Shown in pieces: positions 22,871-36,070 of a DNA stretch of 64,000 nt (positions within the stretch are counted from its first letter, which is position 1; every line of letters begins with the position of its first letter). Source of the DNA: Tubulanus polymorphus (Eukaryota > Animalia > Nemertea); contig NC_134028.1 of NCBI RefSeq assembly GCF_964204645.1, positions 11,331,263 to 11,395,262 of the forward strand, in the 5' to 3' direction. The position numbers and the translations under genes were made by a program. The notes below the pieces were generated by a model, which made no database searches, was not told the DNA's origin, and saw only the letters and a list, made by a program, of their open reading frames with translations.

Positions 22871-25071
22871 ATGTGGTCTATAGCTCAAATGAAACACGTG
22901 GGACCGACGAAAGGGCCCAAAAGCGTAAGTCATTTCCTGAGTGATGTGATCCAAAAATGCCCTAACTGGAAAAGGCAGTCTTTCAATTGGACGAAACCAA
23001 ATCGGACAGAACAATTAAAATTTTGGAAGGCCACAGGCAGTGGTCTTTCTACGAAGCCCACGCGGTAGGCCTATACTTTGAGCGTATTATTATGAAATCT
23101 TTTTTTAAACCACCATGTACCACATTAAGTAATAAGCATCGTTGTAAGCACTTGAAACACCCATTAACCACTTGAAACTGTCAGATCAAACATCATACCA
23201 CATCCCCGCAAAGAGGGGTAGTTCAGCAAACCGGAGCTTTCATTTGCCTATCTAGACTACCCCGCCAGTACGGGTAGCCGAGCAAACCGGAAAACTCATA
23301 ATGAGTGAACCGGGCGCCGGCGCGCGGTTTGTTTCATGAATTTGCTCCCGTTGCTAAGGGGATTTCAGCTATTTTCGAACTCGTTCGATCAACGCGGTTC
23401 ATTGTTAAACTATTCATCGACCCAATCTTGTTCGAAATTTCATGAAATAAATACATTCTGAATTAACCCGATTCATAAATTGCCGGATTTTAGTAAATGG
23501 GCTGCCGGATTTTAGCGTGACGTAATTCTATTTCCGATTTCCCCATGAACTTCAAACCGGACGTCAAGTGACGTCATTTTTTTCTGACTTTGTCAGCTAG
23601 TCAGAATCAGTTAAGAGGACACTTTCTAGAATCCACATATACGCGTTTATCAAAGGGACGTCCTCCGGGCGCCTTTGGCGCCCGTCGTCCGTCTATTTAA
23701 AGAAAAAGAGTGGAAACTCCTATACAGACACTTCAATTTAAAACTGCTATAACTCTTGAAATATCCAAAGGATCGATGAAATCTGTTTTAAACAGTTCAA
23801 AACATCATATATTTTCTAAATATGTCTACTTGTGGAGGCCAGTTGATAACGTTTCACCACTCAAAATCGCGATTAAATGGCCCGGAGACCCCCAAAATAT
23901 CCTGTACTGCAATTGCTATGGCAGCAAAAGTATAGTACCAGGGATACTGGATGATCTAAGCTACAGTTCACCCCCAAACTTTTGATACGAGCCCCTGTGA
24001 TACTTACTGATGATAGATGAAATCTTAAGTAACAGACCACGCACTCGCCGATGCGATCTTAAAGTCTATATATTTTCTACGTTCAGGCTATTTTTATGAC
24101 GCCGTAGACGGCCATATACATCCTACCACTAGACAACCGAGCTCGCTGAAAACCACTCGAATGTTTTAACTACATATAGCCTCACCTTTCCCTAATCCTA
24201 TCCCTAGGTAAAACGGACCCTTACTCTAACCAGAGCTGCCAACCCATATGGTTTTTACAGAATTTAATAAGGCCTATTGTGTACGGTGTTATGGTCGCTC
24301 TCTATTTAGTAAGGTCTTGAATAGAATTCTGAAAGTCTTTAAAATAATTGACTCAATAGTCAATAGTGGGCCTACAATTAGCAGTGGAACCCTATCAGCT
24401 ATTCATCTTAATACTGTAGTCTCACACACAGACACACTTCCCTGTTGTAGTAGCAGTGATCAATAGAGAACATCTATGGCTATTAATACATGCGCTGTAT
24501 TGTAACACTACTGAGACGCACCGGGAGAGCTCTGGCGCGCGCGTCTTATGATTTAATTCAAGGACAAAAAAAACTTTAAATTAAGAGTATAAAAAGACTT
24601 ATATGTATCATAAACTGTAATAAGGGGCTATGAATTAATAAAGCAATTAGATTTAGAATAAAAACCGCTATTTATTGAAGAGTTGTAGTGATACATAGAT
24701 GGACTATTTAATTAAAAAAATACATCACAACATGTATATCTCCACATTGCTATTGAATATCAAGATAGAATATGTAAAACTGAAATAATATACATGATTC
24801 ATTTTACATATTCATTTACAGATAGATTTACATCGAAACTTTCGATGTAAAATATATAAATCCTAGCATTAATTCTTACAATATCTTAATCTTGTGGTCG
24901 ACTCACTTGGCTAGAAATTCCATTTTTGGACAGGAACTGGAAGCTTTTTTCGTGTCGCGTTATTCTTGGAAGAATACTGACAACCTCAAGAAAATACTGA
25001 CAAACTCAAAAAACTGTACTGACAACATCTTTCTGAGATTTGCAGCTCTGCCTAACCCTCTTGATCCTCTT

Positions 25072-25896
25072 CTCACCTGCTTCCTACTGGTTTGCTATTT
25101 TCCATTGCAATTTGTGATGGGTATTCTTTGAAAAGGGATGACTTATACCTAAGATGGGTATTTTTGATCAGCCAATTATGACGAATTGGCGGCCATCTTT
25201 GTGCCATCAGTTTTCGTTCGTAGGTGGGAACAAGTTTTTCCACATTATATTGATACCTAAGCATATTTTGTTACAACAATCGATTGGAAGGTTGTAGCTT
25301 ATAACGTGTACTATGATTTTGGTGAGTTTCAAGGTGGTCATTGGTTTTTGTATATGGCCACCAGGGGGTGTTGTATAATACAATAACTTAGTATTTCTAG
25401 ATATTTATACCTATGAATATTTTGTCACCACAATAAATTGCAAAGTTGTAGCTCATGACATCATCTATGATTGTGGTGAATTTTAAGGACATTAGTTATT
25501 CTATACGGTCACCAGGGGGCGTTGAAAAGTAGAAAAACTTAGTTTATCCCTATTATATCGGTACCTAGGCATATTTTGCTACCATGATCAATTGCAAAGT
25601 TGTGGTTCATGACATGTTCTATGATTGTCGTGAGTTTCAAGGTCATTGGGTTTTGCATGTGGTCACCAGGGGCGCTGAATAGTAGAATCAGTTAATATTT
25701 CCATATTAAATTGGTACCTAGGCATATTTTGTTACCATGATCAATTGCTGTTGTAGCTCATGACATGTTCTATGATTGTGGTGAGTTTCAAGGTCATTGG
25801 TTTTTGTATATGGGTGCCAGGGGGTGTTGAATATTGAAATTGTAGATTGTTGAGCATTTGAAACAACTTCCCAAATGGGCATGGTGTCCTCTAGTT
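25072..25896 (+). mobile_element. Helentron/HINE-like repeat family A, 5'-truncated, with about 154-bp internal tandem units
   Basis: Units containing ggtcaccagggggcgttgaa; end cccaaatgggcatggtgtcctctagtt; similar to 37329-38592. Confidence 0.7.
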
Positions 25897-25982
25897 CAAT
25901 TTCGTCGTTTCATTAGTTTGTGTTGTTGTCCTGGCCTCAGTCCACAGGTGCCAGCACCATCCACATGTTTTCGTTACATGTT

Positions 25983-26250
25983 GGCCGCCGTAGAGTTGAC
26001 GGAAATTTCAGTGAGATAAGGCGTGATGCTGTTGAATCCACTATCAGTGCTGAGTGACAAGTGGGTTCGAGTCCTGCTGGCTTCGTACAGTGTATGGGCA
26101 ACACTTCAAAGCCGTGAGGTTAAATGAACAAAACCAAACAACGTAAAGCCAAACAAACAATCATAGCCAGCCTCAGTGACACTAACGCAGGCATCGCTCT
26201 CTGTGCGACGTTTTGCATGCGTGCGTTTGACCGGTTGATCTACGTATACA
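25983..26250 (+). mobile_element. tRNA-derived SINE
   Basis: B box gggttcgagtcc; second copy at 38609-38910. Confidence 0.65.
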
Positions 26251-26996
26251 TCAGAGTCGGTTCCAAATTTTAGAAAAAACTAAATCTGTGCGTGTGCGAG
26301 TGAGTTGGTGTGCATGCGTACGTGCGTGGACAGACAAGTTGTGTTCTAAATCTAGTTCTATTTTATTAGCTCGTCACCAATTCGTCATCAAGCTGATGTA
26401 GATGATTAATTCTTTATCTGAGCATGTGTTGCTAAAATTACCTAGAATCATAGGATGATGTGTCCAAATATAGGCCTATGATAAACTGCACATCATCAAA
26501 ATTTTTCAAATAAAAAGCAGTCAGGTACTCACAAAACTTATTTGCTGATCGTCGATTCAATTCTGTCAATTCTGCTGAATTCATCTCGATCAGCGCCGAT
26601 ATAATTTTGCCAAGGCGGATGCCCAAAAAATGGAATGTTACATAAAAAACTCAGTAAAATATTGCCGCTATGGTTCCTGTCATATTTTGAATTTGTTCCC
26701 AATTTGAAATTAGCACATTTCTCACGTGATTAAATAACAGCCCATAGAAGTAAAATCCAAACCAGTTTACCAGCCCCTGTGTTAAATTGGCCTAAACCTG
26801 CGTAAGGTCATACCAAAAAACCTGTTCCTTGGGTGGGACGATCATCAAATGGGTAGGTAGGTATGGATATTTTTTTCTTTTTATAGAACATAGATGATGA
26901 CGACGACGACGACGACGACGATGATCTTCCATAGATATTCATTTAGCCACACCATCTAGGCCTACCTCATAATCTTTATTTATTATTATCATTTAG

Positions 26997-27110
26997 CTGA
27001 CTGATCAACAATTACGGCAAAGTTGGTCAATACGTCAAGGTGTATGTATTACCTGTCCTTCTATCTACTGTGTAAAAACTCAGAAATATTACTGCATACA
27101 AAACAATAGG
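26997..27110 (+). CDS. NOL11: NOL11 exon 2 (LTDQQLRQSWSIRQGVCITCPSIYCVKTQKYYCIQNNR)
   Basis: tttag acceptor, gtaag donor, 114 nt; resembles vertebrate [23 protein letters not shown] (recalled). Confidence 0.9.
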
Positions 27111-27629
27111 GTAAGTTTTTACTAGGCCTACAAACAAATGAAATGTTTTAAGTGGGAATTTTCTTTCAAAGTGGTGAAAAATGCAGTCAACCCATTTCAT
27201 AATGGGTTGACTAAAATGAAATCAGAATGCACTGTTTTATGTAAATGGCTAGGATTTCGTCGTGAAAAATGACCCTCAAATGTGGTGATCATACCCTCAA
27301 AAGCTCCTCAAATACCCCTTAAATTTCATATCGATGGTCCTGTAGGAACCATGTTGCTTATGGGAGAATCTGTGCATATGTTTTAAGCCCAGTCGGGTGA
27401 AAGCCCCAGTGGGCTATTACGTTCACATCCATTTGTCCTGGTATTTAGGGACATTTTGAAACTGCTTGTGTTAGGTTCATTTGACATTTGTCTGTACATA
27501 TTCTTTCCAAGCCCAAAGACTGGCCAGATCTCTCAATGTAGCCCACTTTACTTAATTTACTTGATTTTAGTGCCTAGTTAATTGCTAGTTAATTTGTTGC
27601 TTTAGTCTCTGCATTCATTGCTATTTCAG

Positions 27630-27890
27630 ACTATAAGAATATTTACATGTGATGACAAACATTTAGATAAGAGCCTAAAGATTCATACAGCAGTCCATAT
27701 ACATAATCTGGTAACGTCGGTGTATTCTGAACCATGGGTTGTTTTTCATGATGGGCAAATTAGTTCTCTTGCGGATGCTACGGGTATCAAAGAAATTCGG
27801 GATCAATCGGATGGAGGGAATATCGTCTTTGCTGAATCTGTTGATTGTAATGGAAAAATTTATATTTTTGTTGTTCGATGTTCAAAATTG
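27630..27890 (+). CDS. NOL11: NOL11 exon 3 (TIRIFTCDDKHLDK...SEPWVVFHDG...VVRCSKL)
   Basis: tttcag acceptor, gtgagt donor, 261 nt, phase 0/0. Confidence 0.88.
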
Positions 27891-28199
27891 GTGAGTTGAA
27901 TTTATATTTCTTACTATAGGCCTAAATATTCATTTTCTGAACCAAATTCATCATAACGCAATTAATTATGCAATTATGTATTTTCTCTGTTATCAAGTGA
28001 TTTGTTTTTGGTGCAGTGAACAGATGATCTAGTTGCTCTGAGAGTTAAGCTAGCTGTTAATCTCAATCACTGCTTACTGAATAGAGTGTATTACAGAAGT
28101 TTCCCCTTGCAAACACTATCAAATACATGATTATACAAAATATTGTTTACTCAATTGGACTGAATTCAATCCACTATTCTTTGTGGACATGTTTTTCAG

Positions 28200-28353
28200 A
28201 GACATTTGGATATTAGTTTAACTATAGAAGGTCGAGGTAAAAGAAAGTTAGTCACCTGTGTATTGACACCTCCAGAAAGTTCCATGAAAAGCGACCAGCT
28301 TACAGCATGTTGTTTACAAGCGCAAACAACTGGCTATGACTTATTGACTCTTT
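28200..28353 (+). CDS. NOL11: NOL11 exon 4
   Basis: ttttcag acceptor, gtaagt donor; open frame RHLDISL...YDLLTL; phase 0/1. Confidence 0.8.
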
Positions 28354-28478
28354 GTAAGTAAAGGTCAAGCCACCAATAAAATGCCAAGTGATGTGAAAAT
28401 CTTGAGCCCTCCTAAATGCAGAACAGCCCCATACATTATGAGCTTAAAACTGCAAGTGTTCTTATCCATTTTTTTCAG

Positions 28479-28634
28479 GGTCTAGTGGTCATCTACAGTC
28501 AACCAGTCTTTGTGGTGAGGTCTTAAAAACAGTTCTACGCCATAAGATTCCTAACATCACCTTAAATACAACCGTAGCAGTAATCGACTCAAATCATATA
28601 GCATTAATGCCAATACAACAGGATGGCTGTTCAG
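28479..28634 (+). CDS. NOL11: NOL11 exon 5
   Basis: ttttcag acceptor, gtaaat donor; WSSGHLQ...VAVIDSNHIALM; phase 1/1. Confidence 0.83.
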
Positions 28635-28736
28635 GTAAATATAACTTAGGATAGCAAAGCAATGATGATGGAGGTTGAAGTATTCCCAAGTAACATTTCA
28701 TCATCATATATGGGGATCTACCATAATGGTATATCG

Positions 28737-29460
28737 GGCCATCCCAAAATAATAGTCTGTTTGCCGTAACACCAACTCAAGATTTCAGGATGAGTCGGTA
28801 GCTTGGTAGAAATTCTTTTTTGCAAAATCTTTGGCCAAAAAAAGATTAATCACCTATTTAACCGCTGTGTCCAATGGTTAGGAGTTGAACCATCGTCCGT
28901 TCTTTTGTTCGTTCGTTCGTTCGTTCGTTCGTTCGTGCGTCTGTCAACTTTTTTAGCTCCGCTGTGACCGAAGGTCAGTGGAGCTGATCGGTTAGGGGGT
29001 GAGCCGTCGTTGTCCGTTAGTTTGTTCGTTTCATGCGTCTGTCAACTGAAATTACAGAGTCCATTTTCTGCATTTGTCCCCCAGGGGGCACCCCTGTGGG
29101 TGAAGTTTCTATTTCTTCAAATTGCTACCAGTCTTACAGTTTTAATCAGATCAATTCCAAATTTGGAATGAATGTTCTATGGGCCTAGGCCTGTAAATTT
29201 ACTGAGCCATTTTTTGCATTCGTGCACCACGCCAGTTTTCTGGCAAACTTACACTAGGCCACACGTCAAGGCATATTTTCACACGAATCACCCTGGACTT
29301 CAAACATACGTAGCTCATACATCGGCAGTGAGTCGGTCGGTCACCGTTTTTATCAAAAATGAAATTTATTTCAATGAATCCCAGGAAGAAGTTTTCACTC
29401 GGTACCTTTGAAGTCGGGTCGTTTGGGTTACGGCAAACAGACCATTATTTTGGGATGGCC
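28737..29460. mobile_element. MITE with GGCC-ended TIRs, carrying a nested HINE-like family B fragment and (gttc)n
   Basis: ggccatcccaaaataatagtctgtttgccgtaac / gttacggcaaacagaccattattttgggatggcc; no clean TSD. Confidence 0.75.
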
Positions 29461-30443
29461 TAGTAATGTTTCTTAGTTACTAATCCTCGATATCTGACAC
29501 TTCCTACATTCGTAAACACGTTGATATTACTCTCCAACAATCAAACTGATTAAAAGCAATAGTCACGAGCACAGCATATGCTGTCTGCACCTGTATGTTT
29601 TGGTTGTATGATCCAAAGAATTGTCAACTTATTCTCTGAGGGGTTCAAAATATGAACTTGGCTGGTAGATTTCTAGTCAAGCGAGTGCATTTCGTCACTA
29701 GTTCACCCAGCAAGTTAGGTCTATTGTCATTTTTCCAAGTCTGTCCATGGACTGAATCGAGTTTCTACCTTCGCTGTGACTGAAGTTTAGCTGAGCTGAT
29801 GGTTTAGGGAGATAGCCATAGTCGTTCATTCGTCAACTTTTGAGCCTACTTGGGACTCAAAATAATGTTTTTAATTAATCCCTACAAGTTAGCGTTGCCA
29901 GATTTCTGATTAAATGGCCCAAAAAGTTATTCTATCGCATTTTTGGCGAAACGAACAAATGGTCTGGTGAAGCATTTTTCATTGAAAATGAATAGAGTAC
30001 CGGTGTGTCAACAAGGGACAAACATTGGCTGTTGAACCAATAGTGTTGATTTAGGTGTCATGGTTTGGTTTAATGAGTTCTCGAGCCCACAGAAATTTAG
30101 TGATCGAGTTGTTTTTAGGGTACTTATTCTTGAAAAACAGGTAAAAACCCACCTTTTTAGCACTAAGTAATGGCAGTGGTTTCCGCCGCATCAATACGGT
30201 CACAGGCAAAAGCGAAGCCGTTTCATCCCTTGTTATTTTAATATAGTAAGGTGTCGCGCCCGCTGATACTGATCCTTAACAGCCAATTGTTTATCGAAAC
30301 TCTATAGAGGATAAATAAACAACATTAACAAGAGGTATTTCTGTGATATTTTGAATTTATTTGCAGTTTAAATTTAGCGCCATTCTCGCGAGATTATCAA
30401 CAACCCGGAAGTAAAATCCAAGCCAGTTAACAAGCCCCTGTGC

Positions 30444-31250
30444 TTGGTCCCAATCGATACCGAAACACCAATTCCGTTAGAAACCGGTAGTGACTTTATA
30501 TCTCGAGTGTACAGGAAAGCTTCCAACACAGGCCTACTTTTGAATTATAACGCCATGTGCCCGTACAAATGGAAAATAGGACTCATCAATACCATGCTTT
30601 TTGTGGCTACAATATCTGCAGTGACTGGACCATCTTTTCAGAAGAAATCAATTTCTTGAAAAATCTGTTTAAATCTAATGCATTTCCCATTCATGTCATC
30701 GATCAATGTATCAATAGATTTTTGAAATCAAAACAACTCCGAACCTAAACCGAAACCTGTTGATGAAGATGGAATTGATTATTCATTTCATTACCGTATA
30801 TTGGATACCCGTCAATCCTATTTGCCCGAAAATTAAAATATCTATTTAAAAGGAATTTTGAAATCAACTTGAAATGCGCATTCACTATGACCAAAATTAA
30901 GAATTTTTTCTCTTTGAAATGTGCTACCCCTAAATCGCTGAAGGCTAAAGTCATATATAAATCTAATTGTTTATGTGATATAAACACTTCCTATATTGGA
31001 AAACTAAACGACATTTGGCCATCAGGATTAAAGAACACAGATCAAAGACTTCTGCGATTGGACTACATCTCGCAATTTGTCACACTTGTGATCAGGAATT
31101 CAGTGACAACAAATTCAAAATTCTAGACAAAGGTTCATCTGATCTCGACTGTAAAATTAGGGAGGCCCTGTTTATTTAATCGCAACGACCCTTTTTAAAT
31201 CAACAATTATTCAGAAACGGCTCATCCTTTATCCTAAATGTATTCAAATG
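30444..31250 (+). pseudogene. Penelope-like retroelement 3' fragment (RT C-terminus plus GIY-YIG endonuclease)
   Basis: VYRKASNTGLLLNY..CPYKWKIGLI, SLPYIG and VIYKSNCLCD..SYIGK; several frameshifts. Confidence 0.85.
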
Positions 31251-31364
31251 ATTAGCTTGTAATTAAATACTTGGTTTGTAATTAACTTAGAATTTAGCAC
31301 TTGTAATTTTGTAACTTAAGTTGTATATAAACCTGTAGTTTAATCATTTGATTCACTTGTATTT

Positions 31365-31403
31365 CACCTGATGAGGGGATATAATCGTGAAAACGTTCGT
31401 GTC
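31365..31403 (+). ncRNA. Degenerate hammerhead ribozyme motif in the Penelope pLTR
   Basis: cac-CTGATGA-ggggatataatcgt-GAAA-acgttc-gtg downstream of the PLE ORF; stem II only partly paired. Confidence 0.55.
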
Positions 31404-33054
31404 AATTAGGCCTAAATGTCTTTACTCATTAGAAAATGAGGTTTTTAGTGTTATCGCTTCTATGGTAATTCGGATACTTGAACTCTCTTCCTAAGAACGT
31501 TAGCATAGTTATCACACGTGTGCTGTTAAAAACAAACACAGATGAGACTGGGAGAAGTCCTGCTTTGGGCGTGTATTTTAATTTAATTCAAGGATGATAA
31601 AATCTGGAAATTGTGAGTACAATAATATCTTGTATGTATTAATCATGTAATAAGGGGCTAAGAATTAATGAAGTGATTAGATTTGGAATAAAAGATTGTT
31701 GTTTGAAGAATTTGTTCAGCCTATTGTCAGCTGATGGTTTTAATTCGGTAATCTATTCTACATTCGATTGCAATCCAAATTAATTTATAGTAAGTATAAT
31801 ATTTTTGACAATATACACGCAATGATTTGATGGTGAGCCATAGGGCCATCGTCGAGCCTTTATATATGGTCACGAGGGGCGTAGAATATTGAAATTGTTA
31901 GATTGTTGAGCATTTAAAACCACTTCCCAAGTGGGCATGGCGTCCCATGACCCCTAGTATTAATTATCATGATCTTTCACATGTTTGTATCCCACTATGG
32001 TGCACCTGCGTAAGAAAAATTGTGTCAGACCCAAGATGGCTGTCAAGTGACCTTTTGCCTGAATGTGCACTGAATTCCGAGACCTGTAGCTTCCAAATGG
32101 TGTGCCATTTATCATTGGAATTCGTGAAGGGTATACTTTGCGAATAAATTTTAAACATATAGGAACTTTTTGATCAGTCAACGGTGAAGCAATCAGCGTC
32201 TATCTTAGTGTCATCAGTCCTCATTTGTGAGTAGAATATGTTTTTTTTTTGGAAAAATATCTACAGGTTTTAACGTATCTTGATATTTGACGACTGTCAT
32301 CACTGTCATAGGATTCATCCCCACATGCAATTGGGGTTACCCAAGCAGGGCCGGATACAGGGGAGCGCACCTGCGGCACATGTGAATTTATTGACACCCT
32401 TGAATTTATTTAGTGCCCTTATAAATAAATGTTGTATCAAAAAATACCATCTGCTACAGCATCCAACTGCAAACAGTCTGAATTCTGTGAACTTCATGTG
32501 ATTCATAAAACATCCAGCACCCTCTGCTAGCCGGCATTTAGAAGATTCCGGATACTTGACCAACAGCACTTCCGGTAGCGGAGTCTATGGTCTACATTTT
32601 CATAGCAAGTGGCACTTTCATTACCGAAAACTATTTTAGAAATCCGAAAACATTATCCAAACATTTTAAAGAATTGCTCTTAATGACAACACTCATTGTA
32701 TCCTATAAAAGGGTTGGCTAGAATTGCAATAGAATATCCTTTGGAAAGCACGTTCATGTTGCCAAAAATCCTTTGAAGAACACGTTCATGATGCCAAAAA
32801 TCCTTGAAGGGCATTTTGTTCATGTAGCGTTGCCAAAATCCTTCGAAGGGCAGGTTCCTGTTTTGAAGTTTTGGGATATCTAATCTAGATTCCTTGCCCC
32901 GTTTACAATACATTGTGCCCTTTTGAAGTAGTGCTACCCTCTATATCTGGGTTGGGATCTGTTCCTGCCAAGGTGCGTTGAATAGCCGAATAATTTAGTA
33001 TTTTCTTGTTGTATTGGTACCCAAGCATATTTTGTAGCCGCAATCAATCGCTAC

Positions 33055-33512
33055 TAGTCGTACAGTTTTAACGAGATCAATTCCAAATTTTGGTGTGAAT
33101 GTTTCAAGGACCAAGGCCTTTGAAGTTACAGAGCCAATTTTTGGATTCATCCCCCAGGGAGCGCCCCTTGGGGTGGAGTTTCTATTTCTTCAAATCGCTA
33201 CTAGTCCTACAGTTTTAATCAGATCAATTCCAAATTTGGTATGAATGTTCTATGAACCAAGGCCTTTAAAGTGACTGAGCCATTTTTTGGATTCGTTCAC
33301 CAGGGGGTGCCCCTGGAGATGGAGTTTCTATTTCAAATTGCTATTAATCCTACAGTTTTAATCAGATCAAGTCCAAATTTGGTATGAATGTTCTATGGAT
33401 CAATACCTACAAAGTACAAACCCTTTTTGGATTTGGCCACCCCCCTAGGTATGCAGCTTCTATTTCTTCAAATCACACAGCGGAGCTATATAAGCGGTAG
33501 GCTCCTTGTTGA
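33055..33512 (+). mobile_element. HINE-like family B, 3' part with about 150-bp tandem units
   Basis: Repeated acagttttaatcagatcaattccaaatttgg. The end cagcggagct is inverted to the family start agctccgctg at about 28955. Confidence 0.65.
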
Positions 33513-33572
33513 TGGTTTCAATGATTTTTTCAGTATGTTTTGAACATTGAATATCTTTCATCTTTACTTTAG

Positions 33573-33652
33573 GAGTTGGTATATGGGATTGTAGGTATGG
33601 TACATTACAGCAGTGGTCGGCAATACCATACGCCATCCAAACCAAGTATAAG
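33573..33652 (+). CDS. NOL11: NOL11 exon 6 (GVGIWDCRYGTLQQWSAIPYAIQTKYK)
   Basis: tttag acceptor, gtactg donor, phase 1/0; W..xY/F.TLQ motif. Confidence 0.85.
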
Positions 33653-35498
33653 GTACTGTTGTAATAATATTGAATATAATAACTGTTATTTGAATAGTGC
33701 AAGTGGATCGGCTTAGTCAAAACGGCACAGCTGCAGTGTATGGCTAACCGTCCTTATCTGTATGGTGCATTGTGCGTGAGGGTACATGTAGTGTTGAAGT
33801 TGATTCCAAACCTGAGGTTATTGTGTTTTAGGAAGAGCACTGACATATTTACTGATTTTCAAGTTGGTGTCCCTGTTGCAGGGATTATAATTTTCCCCCG
33901 ATCGGCAGATTTCTGTCTTTTCAATCATTTTTCATCATTTTTCGGATCAATGCGAATCCGTTGAATAAAAGGGATTGCCATGAAAGCGTTTCCCGATTGG
34001 TTTTTAAATGCGACCATTTTGTAAGAGGCATGTGTATTCTAACAAAGTTTTCTCTGTTGGCTGACCGTGTGTCTGTGGATATATGTCTCTGCATTGTTGA
34101 TTTTTCACTGAGGCTTGCTCGCGTAGTGCTGAAAAAAAACTTTTGTGGCCCGTAAGGTGAGCTAAAGAGCATCTGACAAACAAATCCGCCATAGGACAAC
34201 ATTTAACTATCTGTTCCACTTGTTTTGTTCCACAGCTGGCACATGTGGTTCGCCACATGCAGTCCATACATTACATCTATCAGCTGGCTGTCACCAGTGC
34301 AACTTACTGCTTTTGGTGTCCTCTCTCCAGTGCCTTACTTATGCAGCGCACACTGCTAAGATAACAAAAATGTTGCTTGCATACGTACAATCGTTTTTTG
34401 CAGTAAACCCACTTAAGTTGATTAATTTGGGTATCAATTCCTGATTCTGCTTCATTTATTTAGCCAAATGAAAATGTAAAACTAATTCGAAAAAAAAATA
34501 TACCTGTAAGTGGCATTGGTTCTTAGCTGTAGTTCCGACAGCTGGGATCACGATGATTTGATGTATTTAGACATCATTTCATCCTATTAAAGTGATGAAA
34601 AACTTAATTAAAAACTTACCGGCAACAAAGAGAAGGAAGCCCACCATTTGAATATGTTACACAGTTAAGTTTCCTTGCATGGATACTTCAAAAAGCCTCA
34701 ACAGATACTCATTTTTAGCTCAAAGAGCTATATAACGATGCCTGGAGATCAGTTGTGTATGTAACCTATCGTGCCAAACACACACTGTCTGTATGAATGT
34801 GTTGACATAAAGAAATAGATCCAGGATTTTGGCTGAAAGTTTTTAACATTGTATCACACTGAACAGTGATGATAGACGATCAGAATCATTTTGAATAAGA
34901 GTTAGAGATTTTGAATAAGAGTAAGAGATAGAAGTTAGAGATTTTGAATCAGCTAGTAGTTGATATTTATTCATTTACGACAGGATGACTATGTCACTTA
35001 GTTTGAACAGCTAGCTGTGCCAATACGCGTGAAAACAGCAAAATCATTTCTACAGAAATGTCTTTGTCAATAGGTACTTGACTGTTAGAAGAATCCTTTT
35101 ATTGGTTTATACAGCTAAATAGGCCTTTCGGCTTTGGTTCAGTCGTTTCTTTTTCTAATTACCTTTTGATAGTTTCATAATTCACATGGCCAGTTTGACA
35201 GAAATTAAGAAGTTCTTGCAGAGTAGATATAAGTTGCAAGGAACCAATCAAGCCAGCATATGTCAGCTGCTGTTCTTGTGAAACCCACAGCCGCGGTATC
35301 ATTGTCTTACTATAATACACTTTTACCTCTGCATGTCTGCATATGTTGTAACCACAATCAGTTGTAAATAGAAAGATCTGATCTTGAGTATAAACAATGT
35401 AGGGCCTATTGGTTGTTTTTTCTCATTATTTTGATCATAGGCCCTTGGTATTTCGCATAAACTCTAACAGTATATATATTGCACTATGTATTTTTCAG

Positions 35499-35720
35499 AT
35501 TTTCACTATGGATAGATATATATTTGTTCCATGTGGCGGTACAATTTATCAGTGCACATTTTCGAGTGATGCATTAACGTTGAACTCTGCACTTGGTAAA
35601 CAATCCGATCCTGAAGCTAGTGTAGAAAGCTATTGGGCAGCAGCAAATAAAAATAATAAAGCTGAAACATATCAGTTGGAACCTCTCACTAAATTGCTGA
35701 AACAGATTGATAAAGAAACG
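35499..35720 (+). CDS. NOL11: NOL11 exon 7
   Basis: ttttcag acceptor, gtagga donor; TLNSALGK motif; 222 nt. Confidence 0.87.
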
Positions 35721-35885
35721 GTAGGAATAGGATTTGTGCAATAATTTTGATAAAGACCCATCAAACATGAAATCTTTGAATATTATTTATTCGTATAAGT
35801 TATGCATCAATTCATAGATCAGGGCTTGAAACTTGTTCTAATAAACCTGCATCAAGTTAAGGTTTAACATTTGTCGAACTTTCAG

Positions 35886-36070
35886 GTTCAACCGGCAGAA
35901 TTCAAGAAAATATTGAACGATGTTCTTGTTCTAGTTCACAACATTAAGCAACCAGATGCAGCTATTGCCAGTCAGTTCCATTCCTTATGGAAGACATGTT
36001 GTGAGAGCAAGAATATTTGGCCTGAAAATCTTCTGCTGGAACTCATTGAGCGGAAACTTCTACCAATGAG
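35886..36070 (+). CDS. NOL11: NOL11 exon 8
   Basis: tttcag acceptor, gtaaat donor; WPENLLLELI; phase 0/2. Confidence 0.85.

Larger units (their letters stand above)
15606..23999. mobile_element. 8.4-kb Chapaev-like (CMC) TIR element in NOL11 intron 1; no intact transposase
   Basis: TIR cacaggggctcgtatcaaaagtttgggggtgaactgtag at both ends, CAC..GTG termini, and a 4-bp TSD ATAC (15602-15605 and 24000-24003). Confidence 0.85.

Noticed and set aside
24185-24235. Telomere-like ccctaa motifs
   Set aside because: Few and degenerate; typical of low-complexity repeat interiors.
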